Assembly (NCBI GenBank): GCA_024642485.1
Contig: JAHEAY010000002.1
Coordinates: 357-64,356 of the forward strand
DNA from: Cytophagaceae bacterium
Lineage (GTDB): Bacteria; Bacteroidota; Bacteroidia; Cytophagales; Spirosomataceae
Direction: 5' to 3'
Length of the DNA stretch: 64,000 nucleotides
The position numbers were made by a program, and so were the translations under genes. The notes under the pieces were generated by a model. It was given only the letters and a program-made list of their open reading frames with translations, was not told where the DNA came from and ran no database searches. Shown piece by piece: positions 39,459-51,300 of the stretch (positions are counted from its first letter, which is position 1; the number at the start of each line of letters is the position of its first letter).

Positions 39459-41402
39459 TTAGTTGCCTTTCGGTGCCTTGTAGGCAATCGGCTTCCATGT
39501 ATTATTTTTTCCATTAATGTCTGGGAAGACATGGTCAGGATCAATCGTCACTGATTTGATAGGTAGGTTAGTAGCTGTCTTGAATGTCCAAGAACCTCCA
39601 CGTTGCCAAATTTCAACAGGGAAGTTGAAACGCTCCTTGGCTCCACCAGCAAGCTCCACTTCCACAATCACAGGCATGGCCATTTTATCCAAGTTTTCGA
39701 TCGTGATCAAAGCACCTTTGGCAGGATCTTGATCGATGTAATCCACATCTTTGACTGATTGATCCAACTTCCATAATTCGTAGAACCAGGCTTTCCAGAA
39801 CCAACCTAAATCCTCACCGGCTCCATCTTCCATTGCACGGAAGAAATCACGTGGCGTCGGGTGTTTGAATGCCCAGTTTTTGATGTAATGGCGGAAGGCA
39901 TAATCAAAACGATCAGCACCTAAAATATTCTCACGCAAAATGCGTAAACCAAATCCAGGTTTGTTATACGCTTCCCAACCTAAGTTACGGGCTTGAATGA
40001 CATCTGGAATAGACATGATCGGATCAGCCTCCGCACGGAACATGCGAGGAGCGAGTTGATGCATATCAAACTTTTGATTCTTGTATTCTCCTTTATTGAA
40101 AGCATCTGTCGAATAGAAATTGATGAACGTATTAAAACCTTCATCCATCCAAGCAAATTTACGCTCGTTATTTCCAACGATCATTGGGAACCAGTTATGG
40201 CCAAATTCGTGATCTGTCACGCCCCATAAAGAAGCAGTTTGATCGCGGAATCCACAGAAAATGATTCCTGGGTATTCCATTCCAGATACGATACCTGCCA
40301 CATTGGTTGCCACAGGATAGCTATATTCGTATAACCAGTTTGAATAATGTTCAATGGATGCTTTCACATATTCTGTAGAACGAGCCCAAGCCTTTTCGCC
40401 GTCCGATTCAATCGGATAAACGGAAACAGCAGTTGCTTTTTTGCCACTTGGCAAATTGATCATCGCCGCATCTTGAATGAAGGCTTTTGACGTAGCAAAG
40501 GCTACATCGCGTGCATTTTTACAAGCAAATTTCCAGGTCAAACGATCTTTAGATGGACGAGACGACGCATCTGTCACTTCAGCCGCCGAGCGGATAATGA
40601 CTGTTTTTTCTGACGCTTTAGCTGCAGCCCAACGCTTCATTTGTTCAGCTGTGTACACTTCAGAAGGATTCAATAATTCACCTGAACCTACGACAATGTG
40701 TGAAGCAGGAACGTTGATGGAATATTCGAAATTTCCATATTCCAAATAGAACTCACCCGCACCTAAATAAGGTAACACATTCCATCCCTCGATGTCGTCA
40801 TAGACACACATGCGTGGAAACCATTGTGCTACCGTATATATATCACCGTTCTTCGTTTCTTGGATACCCATGCGGTCTGAACCGTTTTTAGGTGAAGTGA
40901 ACGAATAAACAATTTTGATTTTTGCGATACCGGCTTTCTCAGCTAGAGGAGAAGCCAAGCGAATCTGCATCCGTGTGTCTTCGACAATAAAGTTGGCCGC
41001 TTTGCCATCCACCGAAACGCTTTCAATTTTATAACCCCCATCAAAAGCCACATTCCCAAAACGTCCTCCTAATACAGGCGTTGTTTTACCGCCACGCGAT
41101 TGCGAATTGAAGGAGTTTTGGTCTAATTGTAACCAAAGGAAAGGTAATTTATCTGGAGAGTAATTCTTGTAGGTAATTTCTACATCGCCAGAAATCTTGC
41201 GATTCGTATCATCCAAAGAGGCTGATATTTTATAATCAGCAACATTTTGCCAGTAGTTGGGACCCGGCACCCCTGCCGCTGAACGTGCGGGTGAAACTGG
41301 ACCATAATTCCATAAAGGATGAAATAATTCGTAGGCATTGTATTGGGCCATGGCTTGCAAAGAGCAAAACATAAATCCAATGGCGAAAAGCTTTTTAAGC
41401 AT
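39459..41402 (-). CDS. M1 family aminopeptidase, exported
   Basis: GMEYP, HEFGH and WMDEG motifs. Confidence 0.9.
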   Translation of the reverse strand: MLKKLFAIGFMFCSLQAMAQYNAYELFHPLWNYGPVSPARSAAGVPGPNYWQNVADYKISASLDDTNRKISGDVEITYKNYSPDKLPFLWLQLDQNSFNSQSRGGKTTPVLGGRFGNVAFDGGYKIESVSVDGKAANFIVEDTRMQIRLASPLAEKAGIAKIKIVYSFTSPKNGSDRMGIQETKNGDIYTVAQWFPRMCVYDDIEGWNVLPYLGAGEFYLEYGNFEYSINVPASHIVVGSGELLNPSEVYTAEQMKRWAAAKASEKTVIIRSAAEVTDASSRPSKDRLTWKFACKNARDVAFATSKAFIQDAAMINLPSGKKATAVSVYPIESDGEKAWARSTEYVKASIEHYSNWLYEYSYPVATNVAGIVSGMEYPGIIFCGFRDQTASLWGVTDHEFGHNWFPMIVGNNERKFAWMDEGFNTFINFYSTDAFNKGEYKNQKFDMHQLAPRMFRAEADPIMSIPDVIQARNLGWEAYNKPGFGLRILRENILGADRFDYAFRHYIKNWAFKHPTPRDFFRAMEDGAGEDLGWFWKAWFYELWKLDQSVKDVDYIDQDPAKGALITIENLDKMAMPVIVEVELAGGAKERFNFPVEIWQRGGSWTFKTATNLPIKSVTIDPDHVFPDINGKNNTWKPIAYKAPKGN

Positions 41403-41426
41403 CGTGATGAAGGTTAAAGTATATAA

Positions 41427-43187
41427 TTATTCAAAAATGGTTAAAATCTCGTCATCAAGCAAACGTTTTGTTAATCCCAAAGCCTTTGGCACCTCGTAAT
41501 GGTAGAAAAACTTCATGGTATGAATCTTCTCTTGGTAAAACGATTTATCCGCCGAATCTATATTTTTAGCGGCCACATTTCCTTGTTTCAACCATTGCCA
41601 TGCCACCACGATCAATCCGAACAATTCCATGTACAGCGTTGAATCGGCTAAGAATACGTCGGGCTGACCCGCTTTGCTCAATTTATGCAGGGTTACTTTA
41701 TTGAGGCTGGCTAATTCATTGGCCAACATCTCCGCATAGGGTTTCGTGATTTCATTCGTCATTCCTTGGGCAATATCCGCCTGAATCAATTTCACCAAAG
41801 CCTGAACCGCTTTTCCTTGTTCACTTGGAATTCCACGACCTAATAAAGTCAATCCATGAATCCCGGTAGTTCCCTCGTAAATGGACATAATCCGGACATC
41901 GCGCGCCATTTGTTCCAATGGAAAATCTTCTGTATAGCCATAGCCACCTAATACCTGCATCCCTTGATTCACGGCCAAAATTCCTTGCTCTGCTGGGTAC
42001 GTTTTCGCTACAGGCGTCATTAAATCCAAGAGCATTTGAGCCTCTTTTTGTTCATCACCTGTCAGGCATTTGGATAAATCTTCCCATAGGAAACATTGGA
42101 ACAATAATCCCATGGCGCCTTCTACGATCGATTTTTGGTAATACAACATGCGTTGTACATCGGGGTGATTTTGAATGAGGGTCGGTGGAGTCTCTGGATC
42201 TTTATTCGTTAATTTTCTACCTTGGCTTCGCTCAGACGCATATTGTTTGGAGAAATGATACGCAGCAGAAGCGATGTAGGCACCACCCATGCCCACACCC
42301 AAACGAGCTTCATTCATCATTTGAAACATGTACATCAACCCTTTGTTGGGCTCACCCACCAAATAACCAATGGAATCGCCTTTATCCCCAAAAGAAAGAT
42401 GTAAAGCTGGAGTCGCTTTTTGGCCCATTTTATGGTAAAGACCCATCGAGGTTACCTCATTTGAAACCCATTGCCCGTTTTCTTGTCGGCGCTTAGGAAC
42501 CACAAACAGTGAAATCCCTTTCGTCCCTTTGGGAGCACCTTCCAAACGCGCCAAAACTAAGTGAATAATATTTTCTGAAAAGTGGTTATCGCCACCCGAA
42601 ATGAAAACTTTTTGACCCTTAACCGAATAGGTCCCGTTGCCTAAATCCTTCGCGCTGGTACTTACATCGTTCAAGGAACTACCTGCTTGAGGTTCTGTCA
42701 AACACATAGTACCCGTCCATTTTCCGGCAAGCATGTTGGGAACAAATGCTTGCTTCAACTCTTCTGAACCAAAGCTGGCTATTAAATGCGCTGCACCATT
42801 ACTCAATCCTGTAAACATGACGATGGAGTTGTTGGCCGCACCGCGAATAAATTCATGTGCACCGCCCACAATGGATGGCATTTGTTGCCCCCCTTTCTCA
42901 AACGAAAACGTGGCTCCAATCATCCCAGCATCACCCATTTCTTTCACATAGGCTTCCACGGAATGATGTACATGTACTTTTCCATCAATTAATTCAGCTT
43001 GTTTGCGATCCGCATCCACAAAATGAGGGCGTAAATGGCGCTCCGCGATTTGTTCGGCAGAGTCAAGTACCATGTCAAACATGTCAGGCGCATAATCCGC
43101 ATAACGGGGATATTGACACAAAGAACCATAATTGAATACCTCTTTCAGAATGAAGTCGAGGTTGCGGCGGTCGTATTCTCTCGGCAT
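41427..43187 (-). CDS. Acyl-CoA dehydrogenase
   Basis: MCLTEPQAGS, KVFISGG, QVLGGYGY and IYEGT motifs. Confidence 0.92.
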   Translation of the reverse strand: MPREYDRRNLDFILKEVFNYGSLCQYPRYADYAPDMFDMVLDSAEQIAERHLRPHFVDADRKQAELIDGKVHVHHSVEAYVKEMGDAGMIGATFSFEKGGQQMPSIVGGAHEFIRGAANNSIVMFTGLSNGAAHLIASFGSEELKQAFVPNMLAGKWTGTMCLTEPQAGSSLNDVSTSAKDLGNGTYSVKGQKVFISGGDNHFSENIIHLVLARLEGAPKGTKGISLFVVPKRRQENGQWVSNEVTSMGLYHKMGQKATPALHLSFGDKGDSIGYLVGEPNKGLMYMFQMMNEARLGVGMGGAYIASAAYHFSKQYASERSQGRKLTNKDPETPPTLIQNHPDVQRMLYYQKSIVEGAMGLLFQCFLWEDLSKCLTGDEQKEAQMLLDLMTPVAKTYPAEQGILAVNQGMQVLGGYGYTEDFPLEQMARDVRIMSIYEGTTGIHGLTLLGRGIPSEQGKAVQALVKLIQADIAQGMTNEITKPYAEMLANELASLNKVTLHKLSKAGQPDVFLADSTLYMELFGLIVVAWQWLKQGNVAAKNIDSADKSFYQEKIHTMKFFYHYEVPKALGLTKRLLDDEILTIFE

Positions 43188-43230
43188 AATTTTTCAGTTT
43201 AGATGGAAGCAAATTTGCAGAGAAAAAAAC

Positions 43231-43248
43231 TATTATGCAAGCATACTA
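43231..43248. promoter_or_regulatory. Palindromic operator candidate upstream of the acyl-CoA dehydrogenase
   Basis: TATTATGC-AA-GCATACTA. Confidence 0.5.
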
Positions 43249-43288
43249 TATTGAGCCTCGACCAACTACCGTAGGCAAAGTCCCCAGC

Positions 43289-43323
43289 TACCTTTGGCAA
43301 ACCTTAGAGGATTGCCAAAGGTA
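43289..43323. repeat. REP-like palindrome, copy 3
   Basis: TACCTTTGGCAA-ACCTTAGAGGA-TTGCCAAAGGTA. Confidence 0.85.
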
Positions 43324-43346
43324 AGGGTTGAACACGAGATTTTTGA

Positions 43347-44405
43347 TCAGTAAACTGGTAAATTCAAGCCCACATTGTAGGGAATCCAGGCGGCTTTCCG
43401 ACAATCCCAGAGGGGATAGTTCTTGTAGCGGATGTTGTTAAATTCGACGTAATTCACCAACTTATTATAAGTCTCATAGGGAATGCCATTGTAGCGATCA
43501 ACTTTAAGACGCGTTTTCGATTTTCCAGCTACCATGAAATACCCTAAAACCTGTTGGTCCGGATTATTCAAGCAAGTCAAGTTCCCTAGGATCTGTGCAG
43601 GAACCTTATCAAAAATTCCACCCCCTAAAGTCCGTTGGTCTTCTTGCCGCTGCCAATAGGTATGCGTCGCCCGATCCACCGAATAAACTTCCAATTGAAC
43701 TACCCAATCCGTAAAATCTCGGTAATTAACTGATCCTAATGGAAGCTTAATTTTTGAGCCATCAACTAAGAAATCCGTCAATAATATCGGTTGGGTATTT
43801 TGGGGAGCTTGCCAACATTTACAATCACATGCCGGAACCGGTGCAGGGGGTGGCGGCGGCTCCGGACAGGTAGTCAAGAACTGAATGAAATCTTGGCGTT
43901 TGATGAAATAATAATTTTCGACTTGCTTTTGATCAAGTAAATAGCCCGATAAATCGAAGCGCATATTTTCAACCTTTTCCGCTGTAACGAATTGGGAATT
44001 CAAACCTTCAGGCGTTACAGGAGCCGACAAAGTTTGCCAAGCCGATGCAATGTCCTGCCCAGCTTTGGTCATGATCTTCAACTGGTATTTTTTCCCCACA
44101 ACTCCAATAAAGGAAGCTGGGGTTTGGTAAACACCTTTGGAAGTTTCCTTCATTGTCATGGCAGCCCCAGTTTCATCTACAATGCGTACATCCGCACCTT
44201 GAATCACTTGGCCCTGAAATTCCGTAACATCAAAAGGCGAATAGCCCGACGTATAATTCAAACGTACCGTATATGGCCCTGCCATGTTGGACATCTCCCC
44301 ATAAACGACAATCGCATTGCTTAAATTTTGCGTCTTAAAATCCGTAATTTCTGTTTCACAGGCCATCAACAACAGCATCCATGAAAATAGTAAGAGTCTT
44401 TTCAT
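43347..44405 (-). CDS. DUF4249 family lipoprotein
   Basis: Lipobox LMAC; GKKYQLKI, GNL..NPDQQVLGYF; directly after a TonB-dependent receptor. Confidence 0.75.
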   Translation of the reverse strand: MKRLLLFSWMLLLMACETEITDFKTQNLSNAIVVYGEMSNMAGPYTVRLNYTSGYSPFDVTEFQGQVIQGADVRIVDETGAAMTMKETSKGVYQTPASFIGVVGKKYQLKIMTKAGQDIASAWQTLSAPVTPEGLNSQFVTAEKVENMRFDLSGYLLDQKQVENYYFIKRQDFIQFLTTCPEPPPPPAPVPACDCKCWQAPQNTQPILLTDFLVDGSKIKLPLGSVNYRDFTDWVVQLEVYSVDRATHTYWQRQEDQRTLGGGIFDKVPAQILGNLTCLNNPDQQVLGYFMVAGKSKTRLKVDRYNGIPYETYNKLVNYVEFNNIRYKNYPLWDCRKAAWIPYNVGLNLPVY

Positions 44406-46909
44406 TAGAATTTGAAGTTATAGGTGATGGATGGAATCGCAGCTCCCAAAACCGAAAGCTGATAGGTACGCGCCTGATTAATCAAACCCGTAGAAGAACG
44501 GAAGAAAATCGAATAGGCGTTTTGGCGAGACAGCAAATTGTAGATGGAGAAATTCCAACTACCCTGCCAGCGTTTTCCCTCTTTGGGTTCAATCGTAAAG
44601 CCTACGTCCAAACGCATGTAAAATGGAATTCGCTCTTCATTCCGCAAGGTAAAACTCGGAGAGGAATAGCCATCCAAAACGGGTGCAATCGTCGTCCCAC
44701 TTAGATACGTAAAGGTTGAACCATTGTACTGATAGGTCGTAGGCAGATATCCAGCACGTGGATAAATTCCCGATGCATATTCAAAATCATATAAATCATT
44801 GTAGGCATATACCTTGTAACGGGCGTTCGGATAGGTAATCGGTCGGCCGGAGGTATATGTAAAATTCGCATTAAACGAAATTCGTTTTGTCAAGCGATTA
44901 TTCAGCACAAACTTGAAATTATGTGGCATGTCAAAATTCGCTGGAAACTCTTTGCCAAAATTCGCGGCAATTTGATTTTCATTCGCTTCAATCAAACGGA
45001 ATGAACGCGCATAGGTATAAGAAACCCAACCAGTCAAACGTGTTCCCCGCGCCTTTTTCAAGAAAAACTCAGCTCCATAGGCTCGACCCTTACCCACCAA
45101 TAATTGCGTCTCCACCGTTGGATTCAAATAAAGCGCCGCCCCGTCAACGTAATCAATCACATTGGATAAACGCTTGTAATACAATTCCGCTGATGCCTCG
45201 AAAACGGCATTTTGCGCATTGGTAAAATTCTTAAACAATCCGATCGAAAATTGATCCGCCACCTGCTGCGGCAAATAAGGATTTGAATTCTTCCAAATGT
45301 CCACCGGTGATACAGCCATCGTATTCGACAACAAATGCATGAACTGCTGCATGCGATTGAAGCCTAATTTTATGGAAGTATTGGTATCCAATTTCACCGC
45401 CAAAGACAAGCGGGGTTCAAAACCGCCATAGTACTGAATCACATCACCTGCTTGGTATTGCAAAGTATCCATGATCGTATTGAATGCGCGCGGAATACCG
45501 GGTTTGTATTGATAAAACGTTTGGGCGCCCACCAACTGATAATAGGCGTAGCGAAGGCCATAGTCTAAACTAACACGCTTCCCAAGGGGCAAACTATGAC
45601 CCACATAAACCGACATTTCGCGTGAATTTTCTGCTTGCATGGGGAACGTATTCACGACTGAATTTTCCGAACTTGGCTTAAACGTTCCCGCATCATTCCG
45701 ATAGGCATTAAACTCAACACCCATGTCCAAACGACCACGTGTTTTTAGGTCTAAACTCAAATCTTCACGGATTGATTTTTGGGTAATGGAAGGTTTCCAA
45801 GCGAATTCATAGCCTGATTTTAAGCCATCAATGCCATAGGAATAATCACTCACAAAGGCAGTAAAATGATGTGACCAATTTCGCCACAAGGCATGATGTT
45901 GAATATTTAAGGTCTTCGTCTGCCAAGAATATAAGGTATCTGAAGCAAATTTGAAGCCATCGTGGCTAACATAGCCCGATACAGAAATCCGTTGGTTTTC
46001 GCTCAATTTATGCGTCAACTTGAAATTGACATCATAGAAATCCGCTTTACTTTTTTGAAGCGCGGGATTCGGGAAATAACCCAAATAGAAATCGGACATC
46101 GAACCACGAGCCCCTAAAATCAACGATGTTTTTCCTTTAACCAAAGGACCATCGAATAAGAGTCGGCTAGATAATGGCCCCACCCCACCCTGAATCGACC
46201 ACTTTTCAAAATTCCCTTCTTTCACGCGCACATCCAATACAGAGGAGGCTCTGCCGCCATACATACTCGGAATTCCGCCTTTGTACAAACTTAAGTCTTG
46301 AACCATGTCGGCATTAAAGCCCGTAAAAAACCCAAATAAATGGGAAGTATTAAACAAGGGAACGCCATCTAATAAGACTAAGTTTTGATCCACATTTCCC
46401 CCTCGTACATTAAATCCTGAAGCGCCTTCCCCGACCGTAGAAACGCCTGGCAACAGCATGATGCTTCGAATGACATCGGCCTCCCCCATCAAATTGGGCA
46501 GCTTTTTCAGCGTCTTACTCGACATCTTTTCGACCCCCATGATCGTCCGATTAACATTGGCATCCGACTTCTCAGCCGAGATAACAACCTCATCCAAAAT
46601 CTGTTCGGATTTCTCCAAAAGCACCGTCATGCTCGCATTGTCCTTTAAGTCGATGCGACCTGTTTTAAACTTATAACCCAGACTCCTAAAAACCATTTGG
46701 TAAGAACGAGCCGGTAAAGTCACTGAAAAATGGCCCGCAGAATCCGTTCGTGCCCCGATCGACAAACCCGAAAATAAGACAGATGCACCTTCAATGGGAG
46801 CCTTCGTTTCTAGGTCCTGAATAGATCCTGAAAAAATAAAATAGCCTCTTTTTTGACCCAGCGAGGCGAAGGACAAGAGCAAGCAACACATAAGCAATAC
46901 CTGCCTCAT
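44405..46909 (-). CDS. TonB-dependent receptor
   Basis: N-terminal carboxypeptidase-regulatory-like domain; plug LPGV..GFNVRGG..QNL; YGGRASSV; C-terminal YNFKF. Confidence 0.88.
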   Translation of the reverse strand: MRQVLLMCCLLLSFASLGQKRGYFIFSGSIQDLETKAPIEGASVLFSGLSIGARTDSAGHFSVTLPARSYQMVFRSLGYKFKTGRIDLKDNASMTVLLEKSEQILDEVVISAEKSDANVNRTIMGVEKMSSKTLKKLPNLMGEADVIRSIMLLPGVSTVGEGASGFNVRGGNVDQNLVLLDGVPLFNTSHLFGFFTGFNADMVQDLSLYKGGIPSMYGGRASSVLDVRVKEGNFEKWSIQGGVGPLSSRLLFDGPLVKGKTSLILGARGSMSDFYLGYFPNPALQKSKADFYDVNFKLTHKLSENQRISVSGYVSHDGFKFASDTLYSWQTKTLNIQHHALWRNWSHHFTAFVSDYSYGIDGLKSGYEFAWKPSITQKSIREDLSLDLKTRGRLDMGVEFNAYRNDAGTFKPSSENSVVNTFPMQAENSREMSVYVGHSLPLGKRVSLDYGLRYAYYQLVGAQTFYQYKPGIPRAFNTIMDTLQYQAGDVIQYYGGFEPRLSLAVKLDTNTSIKLGFNRMQQFMHLLSNTMAVSPVDIWKNSNPYLPQQVADQFSIGLFKNFTNAQNAVFEASAELYYKRLSNVIDYVDGAALYLNPTVETQLLVGKGRAYGAEFFLKKARGTRLTGWVSYTYARSFRLIEANENQIAANFGKEFPANFDMPHNFKFVLNNRLTKRISFNANFTYTSGRPITYPNARYKVYAYNDLYDFEYASGIYPRAGYLPTTYQYNGSTFTYLSGTTIAPVLDGYSSPSFTLRNEERIPFYMRLDVGFTIEPKEGKRWQGSWNFSIYNLLSRQNAYSIFFRSSTGLINQARTYQLSVLGAAIPSITYNFKF

Positions 46910-48384
46910 CGTTTTTTGTTTCGTAAAATTAAAATTCCTTTGGCGGTCTTCCAGGCTGGATCAAATCCCCCAGCAGGGAACTTCGCCACGGCATGACTTC
47001 CTAACACCACATCTAAATCACCATCCCCCTCAATATCGGCAATGTCCATCACCGACCAGCGTCCCAAATGGTTCACTGGAATGGTCATTTGATTAAAACC
47101 TTTGCCCGTATTTTTAAAATAAATCAAGCCTTCCGAGGGACGTTTGGCCACGTCGGGGAATAAAGCAATCGATAACATATCTTGATCACCATCCTGATCT
47201 AAATCCGCCAACATCACCTTGGTGGCACCATTTTGCGGATAAAATGCCAGCTGCTTGAACGTCATCTTACCTTGATTCGTATAGACATAAACACCGTGAT
47301 AAGGCTTTAAAATCGTAGAGAAATCGGCATTATCGCCCGCCGTACAAACGATATCCAAATCGCCATCGCCATCCACATCGCCCATATCAAAGGAACTCGT
47401 TCCATAAATGGACGGAAAACGCAAGAGGCGTGTTTCTTCAAAATTCAAGCCTCCTTTATTCGTATAAAGCATAATTCGCTCATCCCCTTGCGCAAACAAA
47501 GCCACGATATCCAATCTGCCATCCCCATTAAAATCCCGCACATCCACATGGGTTGCACCAGTCTGTGGATTTAAAACTTTCTTAGTCCAGCTCGTTCCAT
47601 TTTTCTTCCAAACCGACATACCGCCTTGCATGAATCCAAACTCACTACTGATTAATTCATCTTGACCATCACCATCTAAATCCCGCGCCTTCAATTCAAT
47701 CGGGCGATTCAGGCTTTTAATCAGCGTACTTGGTTCACCTGAAGTATAGGTTTTAATCGAACCATTCACATCCGGATTGGCCTGAGTCGTTGTCCCAATA
47801 AATGTAAAAAGGTATTGCCCCTTCCAAGCTTCAATGTAAGTCAGCGCATCTTGATTTTCTAATTGCTGCTTCGGTTTTCCAGCAGCATCCAATACCCAGA
47901 TAACCCGATTGGATTGATCCCCCGCAATAATCTGATGTTTCATCGGATCGATTCGAACCGCCGTAAAATTCGGGATAGTCGCGTTGGCTTTCGCAACCGA
48001 TAAATCCTCAATCGCAAATAAGGAATTTTCTTCCGGCAATGCGGGATAATCTGCCGTCGTTAATTCCTTCGGTGCCTCGGTCAAGTAATATTCCTTGATT
48101 TTCTCCCAATCATCGTCGGGAATCATTTGCGAAGCCGGCCGCATGATGGCATAATCGGAAAGCGGTTTTTCCAATTGGTCGATCTCATGCGAAAGGCCCA
48201 ACATAATACCCATGTAAGGGAGCGTTGAATATTTCCAAACATTCTGAGGCAACAAAGCAGGACTTGGCAACATGTGGCAAGATTGGCAATATTGCTTCGC
48301 TAATTGCTCACCTTCTTTCACATCCCGTTTACAGGAAGCAAAAGCAATACCCAGAAACAATAGAAATCCGATTTGCCTCCGCAT
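46906..48384 (-). CDS. Lipoprotein with N-terminal cytochrome c domain and FG-GAP/VCBS propeller
   Basis: Lipobox FASC; CQSCH; repeated DxDGDGDxD loops. Confidence 0.75.
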   Translation of the reverse strand: MRRQIGFLLFLGIAFASCKRDVKEGEQLAKQYCQSCHMLPSPALLPQNVWKYSTLPYMGIMLGLSHEIDQLEKPLSDYAIMRPASQMIPDDDWEKIKEYYLTEAPKELTTADYPALPEENSLFAIEDLSVAKANATIPNFTAVRIDPMKHQIIAGDQSNRVIWVLDAAGKPKQQLENQDALTYIEAWKGQYLFTFIGTTTQANPDVNGSIKTYTSGEPSTLIKSLNRPIELKARDLDGDGQDELISSEFGFMQGGMSVWKKNGTSWTKKVLNPQTGATHVDVRDFNGDGRLDIVALFAQGDERIMLYTNKGGLNFEETRLLRFPSIYGTSSFDMGDVDGDGDLDIVCTAGDNADFSTILKPYHGVYVYTNQGKMTFKQLAFYPQNGATKVMLADLDQDGDQDMLSIALFPDVAKRPSEGLIYFKNTGKGFNQMTIPVNHLGRWSVMDIADIEGDGDLDVVLGSHAVAKFPAGGFDPAWKTAKGILILRNKKR

Positions 48385-51300
48385 TAATTCAGCTTTTTAA
48401 AGATTTGCATCGTTGCTGAGTTACGCGTTACGAAGTATAAAGGACCTTTTGGCGTATGAACAATTTTGATATCACGCACGTCACCATCTTGCAAGAAACC
48501 TGTTTCCGTTGGAATCATCGGACTAAATCCACCCTTGCCATTTCCCTTTAGAATTAGACCAAAGAAGGCATCATAACGAGCTTGATACATAGACGCTCCA
48601 TTGAAATTGCCTCCTAAAAGCACATCTAAATTTCCGTCTTTGTCTACATCCTCCGTACGTAATACCATCACTTTAGATACTTGTGCTAATGCCGGCAAGA
48701 AATGCATTTCGAATTTCCCTTTGCCTTTGTTTTCTATATACACAGACTCGAATGTATTCACCATGCGTTCAGTCGCTCCCTTCAATTCATTGTCACCAAA
48801 CAATTCTTCAATTGTATTGCCTGCAAATTCATTGTATTTCGTGTATTTCTTACTGATAATACTTGGGATTTGTTTCCCCATTTCATCTTTGCTATTGATC
48901 GGATACCAATCATCCCCACGGTTGTAAGAAATTATGTGTTCTTCCGTGTCATTCTTATCAATATCCTTGATCAACATGCGCAATTTCCCATCCACCTGTT
49001 TCCGCAATTTAGTGTTTGTACCTAGGTTCCCAACGACAAAATCCATGTCGCCATCTTTATCAAAATCACCAGCAGTTAAACCACCCCAAAAACCGGTAAA
49101 TTCTTCTAAGCCATTTTCAATAAGGCTTAATTTACCGCCACGGTTTTCGAAAGATTTAATCGGCATCCAATCCCCTACGACGGTTAAATCTTGATCACCA
49201 TCGCGGTCGAAATCCGCCCAAATCGCTTCAGTCAACATCCCCGCTTCACGAAGATCTGGCGCTAAAGCCTGAGTGCGATCTGCAAATTGTCCATGACCAT
49301 TATTGACCAATAAATAAGATTTCGGCGAATAGCCATAATGATAGCCTACCACACGACCACCTACAAACAAATCGAGATCTCCATCACGATCAAAATCGCA
49401 AGGGCGAACAACCGATTTATTGTCATACATCGCTGGCAATGCTTTGGCATCACGGGTGAAATTACCTTTTCCATCGTTTTTATACAGTCGGTCAAATTGC
49501 TCCGGCATTTTATCAAAAAACTCATTCCCTCCAGATACCACATATAAATCCAAATCCTTGTCACCATCCGCATCAAAGAACAAGGCATCTACATCCTCAT
49601 ATAAACTATCTGCTTTAAAAGATTGCTGTGGAGAGAAAGCAAAGCCATTTGGCTTCTGCAGGTACAATTGTCCCGCTTGGTATTTTGCACCTCCTACGTA
49701 AAAGTCTTCTAAACCATCTCCATTCACATCCCCCACGGCCATTTTAGGACCTTCGATGGATACTTTAAACGGAACCAAAAGCTCGCGATTGAAGTCGAAA
49801 TAGGTATTTTCTTGATGTAAATAGGGAATATTAAACGTACCTGTCACTTCCTCGAAAAGAGGTTTAGTTTGCGTAAAGAATTGAAAATCCTTCACCAGCA
49901 TTTGCGCATTCTTCTGATCAAGCGTCAACAATTCATTGATCTTCGGATGCTTAATGATCTGCATTTTCTCATTCTCCCAAATGACGATTAAAGAATCTAC
50001 ATCGCTCAATTGGCCGATACCGAAAAGCAACGTTGGCTCCACCGAACTCATAAACCCGCGCGTCGGCATCATTTGTTGTAGCTGTTGGCCTTCCTTCGTC
50101 TTTAAAATCACCTTTGCTCCAATCCCGAAGGTATTCATGCCTTCGCCCTTGAATTTCACTTTCACGAAATTGTTCTTCAACAACTCACGCGAATGATTTT
50201 CATAGATTCCCGCGGGTTCATTCAAATTATTGGAAATCAAATCCAAGTCGCCATCATTATCCAAATCCGCATAAGAACTACCATTTGAAATCCCTTCTTC
50301 TTCAAATCCCCAAACCTTCGATTTATCCTTGAAACGTAGATCTTTGGAACCTTGGAACAAGTAATTATGCACCTTACCACTTGGCATTAAATCAATCGCT
50401 TCCTGATCCAATTTATGAGACGTCGGCAAACCATAATGTAGCGAATCGCCAATCACGAATTTCAAATAGTCCAAATCATTCGGTCGGCGCAAGATTCCAT
50501 TCGAAATAAATATATCTTTCAGGCCATCTCCATCGTAATCCGCCATCAAGGTACTCCAGCTCCAATCCGTGGCCGCAACGCCAGAAGACGCAGCGATGTC
50601 CGCAAACTTTTGGCCACTCATATTTAATTGTAAGCAGTTTCGACTGTACTGATTGAAATAGCCAAACTGCAATTTATACATGTAGATATCCAAAGGATCT
50701 TCCCCAACAGATGATTTCTCGACCTTCTCATCCTCTGGATACATATCCAAAGTCATCACATCTTGGTACCCATCGTTGTTGATATCCGCAATATCTGACC
50801 CCATCGAGAAGCGGCTCAAATGCTTAAAGTGCTCTTTGATACCCTCTTTATAGGTCCCGTCTTTTTGGTTGATGTAGTAATAATCGTCCTCGTGAAAGTC
50901 ATTGCTGACATAGATATCGAGCCAACCGTCATTGTTCAAATCCGCGACTGAAATACCCAATCCATAGCCCATGGCAGCTTGATAAATCCCTGATTCTGCA
51001 GAAATATCCTTGAATTTTCCCCCATCGTTCCGGTATAAATAATCACCGGCTTCGTTATCCTTCAGCATTCGAGTATTCACCCGATCGTAGGAACGCGTGT
51101 TATGAACCGCATGATTCAACAAATAGCAATCCAAATCACCATCCTTGTCATAATCAAAAAAGGCAGCTTGCGTGGAGAATCCTGTAAAATCCAATCCATA
51201 TGCATTGGCCTTTTCCGTGAAGGTATTATCTCCATTATTGATGTATAATTCGTTTGAACCCTCCATCCCTTTGAAATTACTCACGGCACAAACGTAAATA

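Noticed and set aside
3073-43323. The ~35-bp palindromes as CRISPR repeats
   Set aside because: Copies are 15-25 kb apart, with no spacer array and no cas genes
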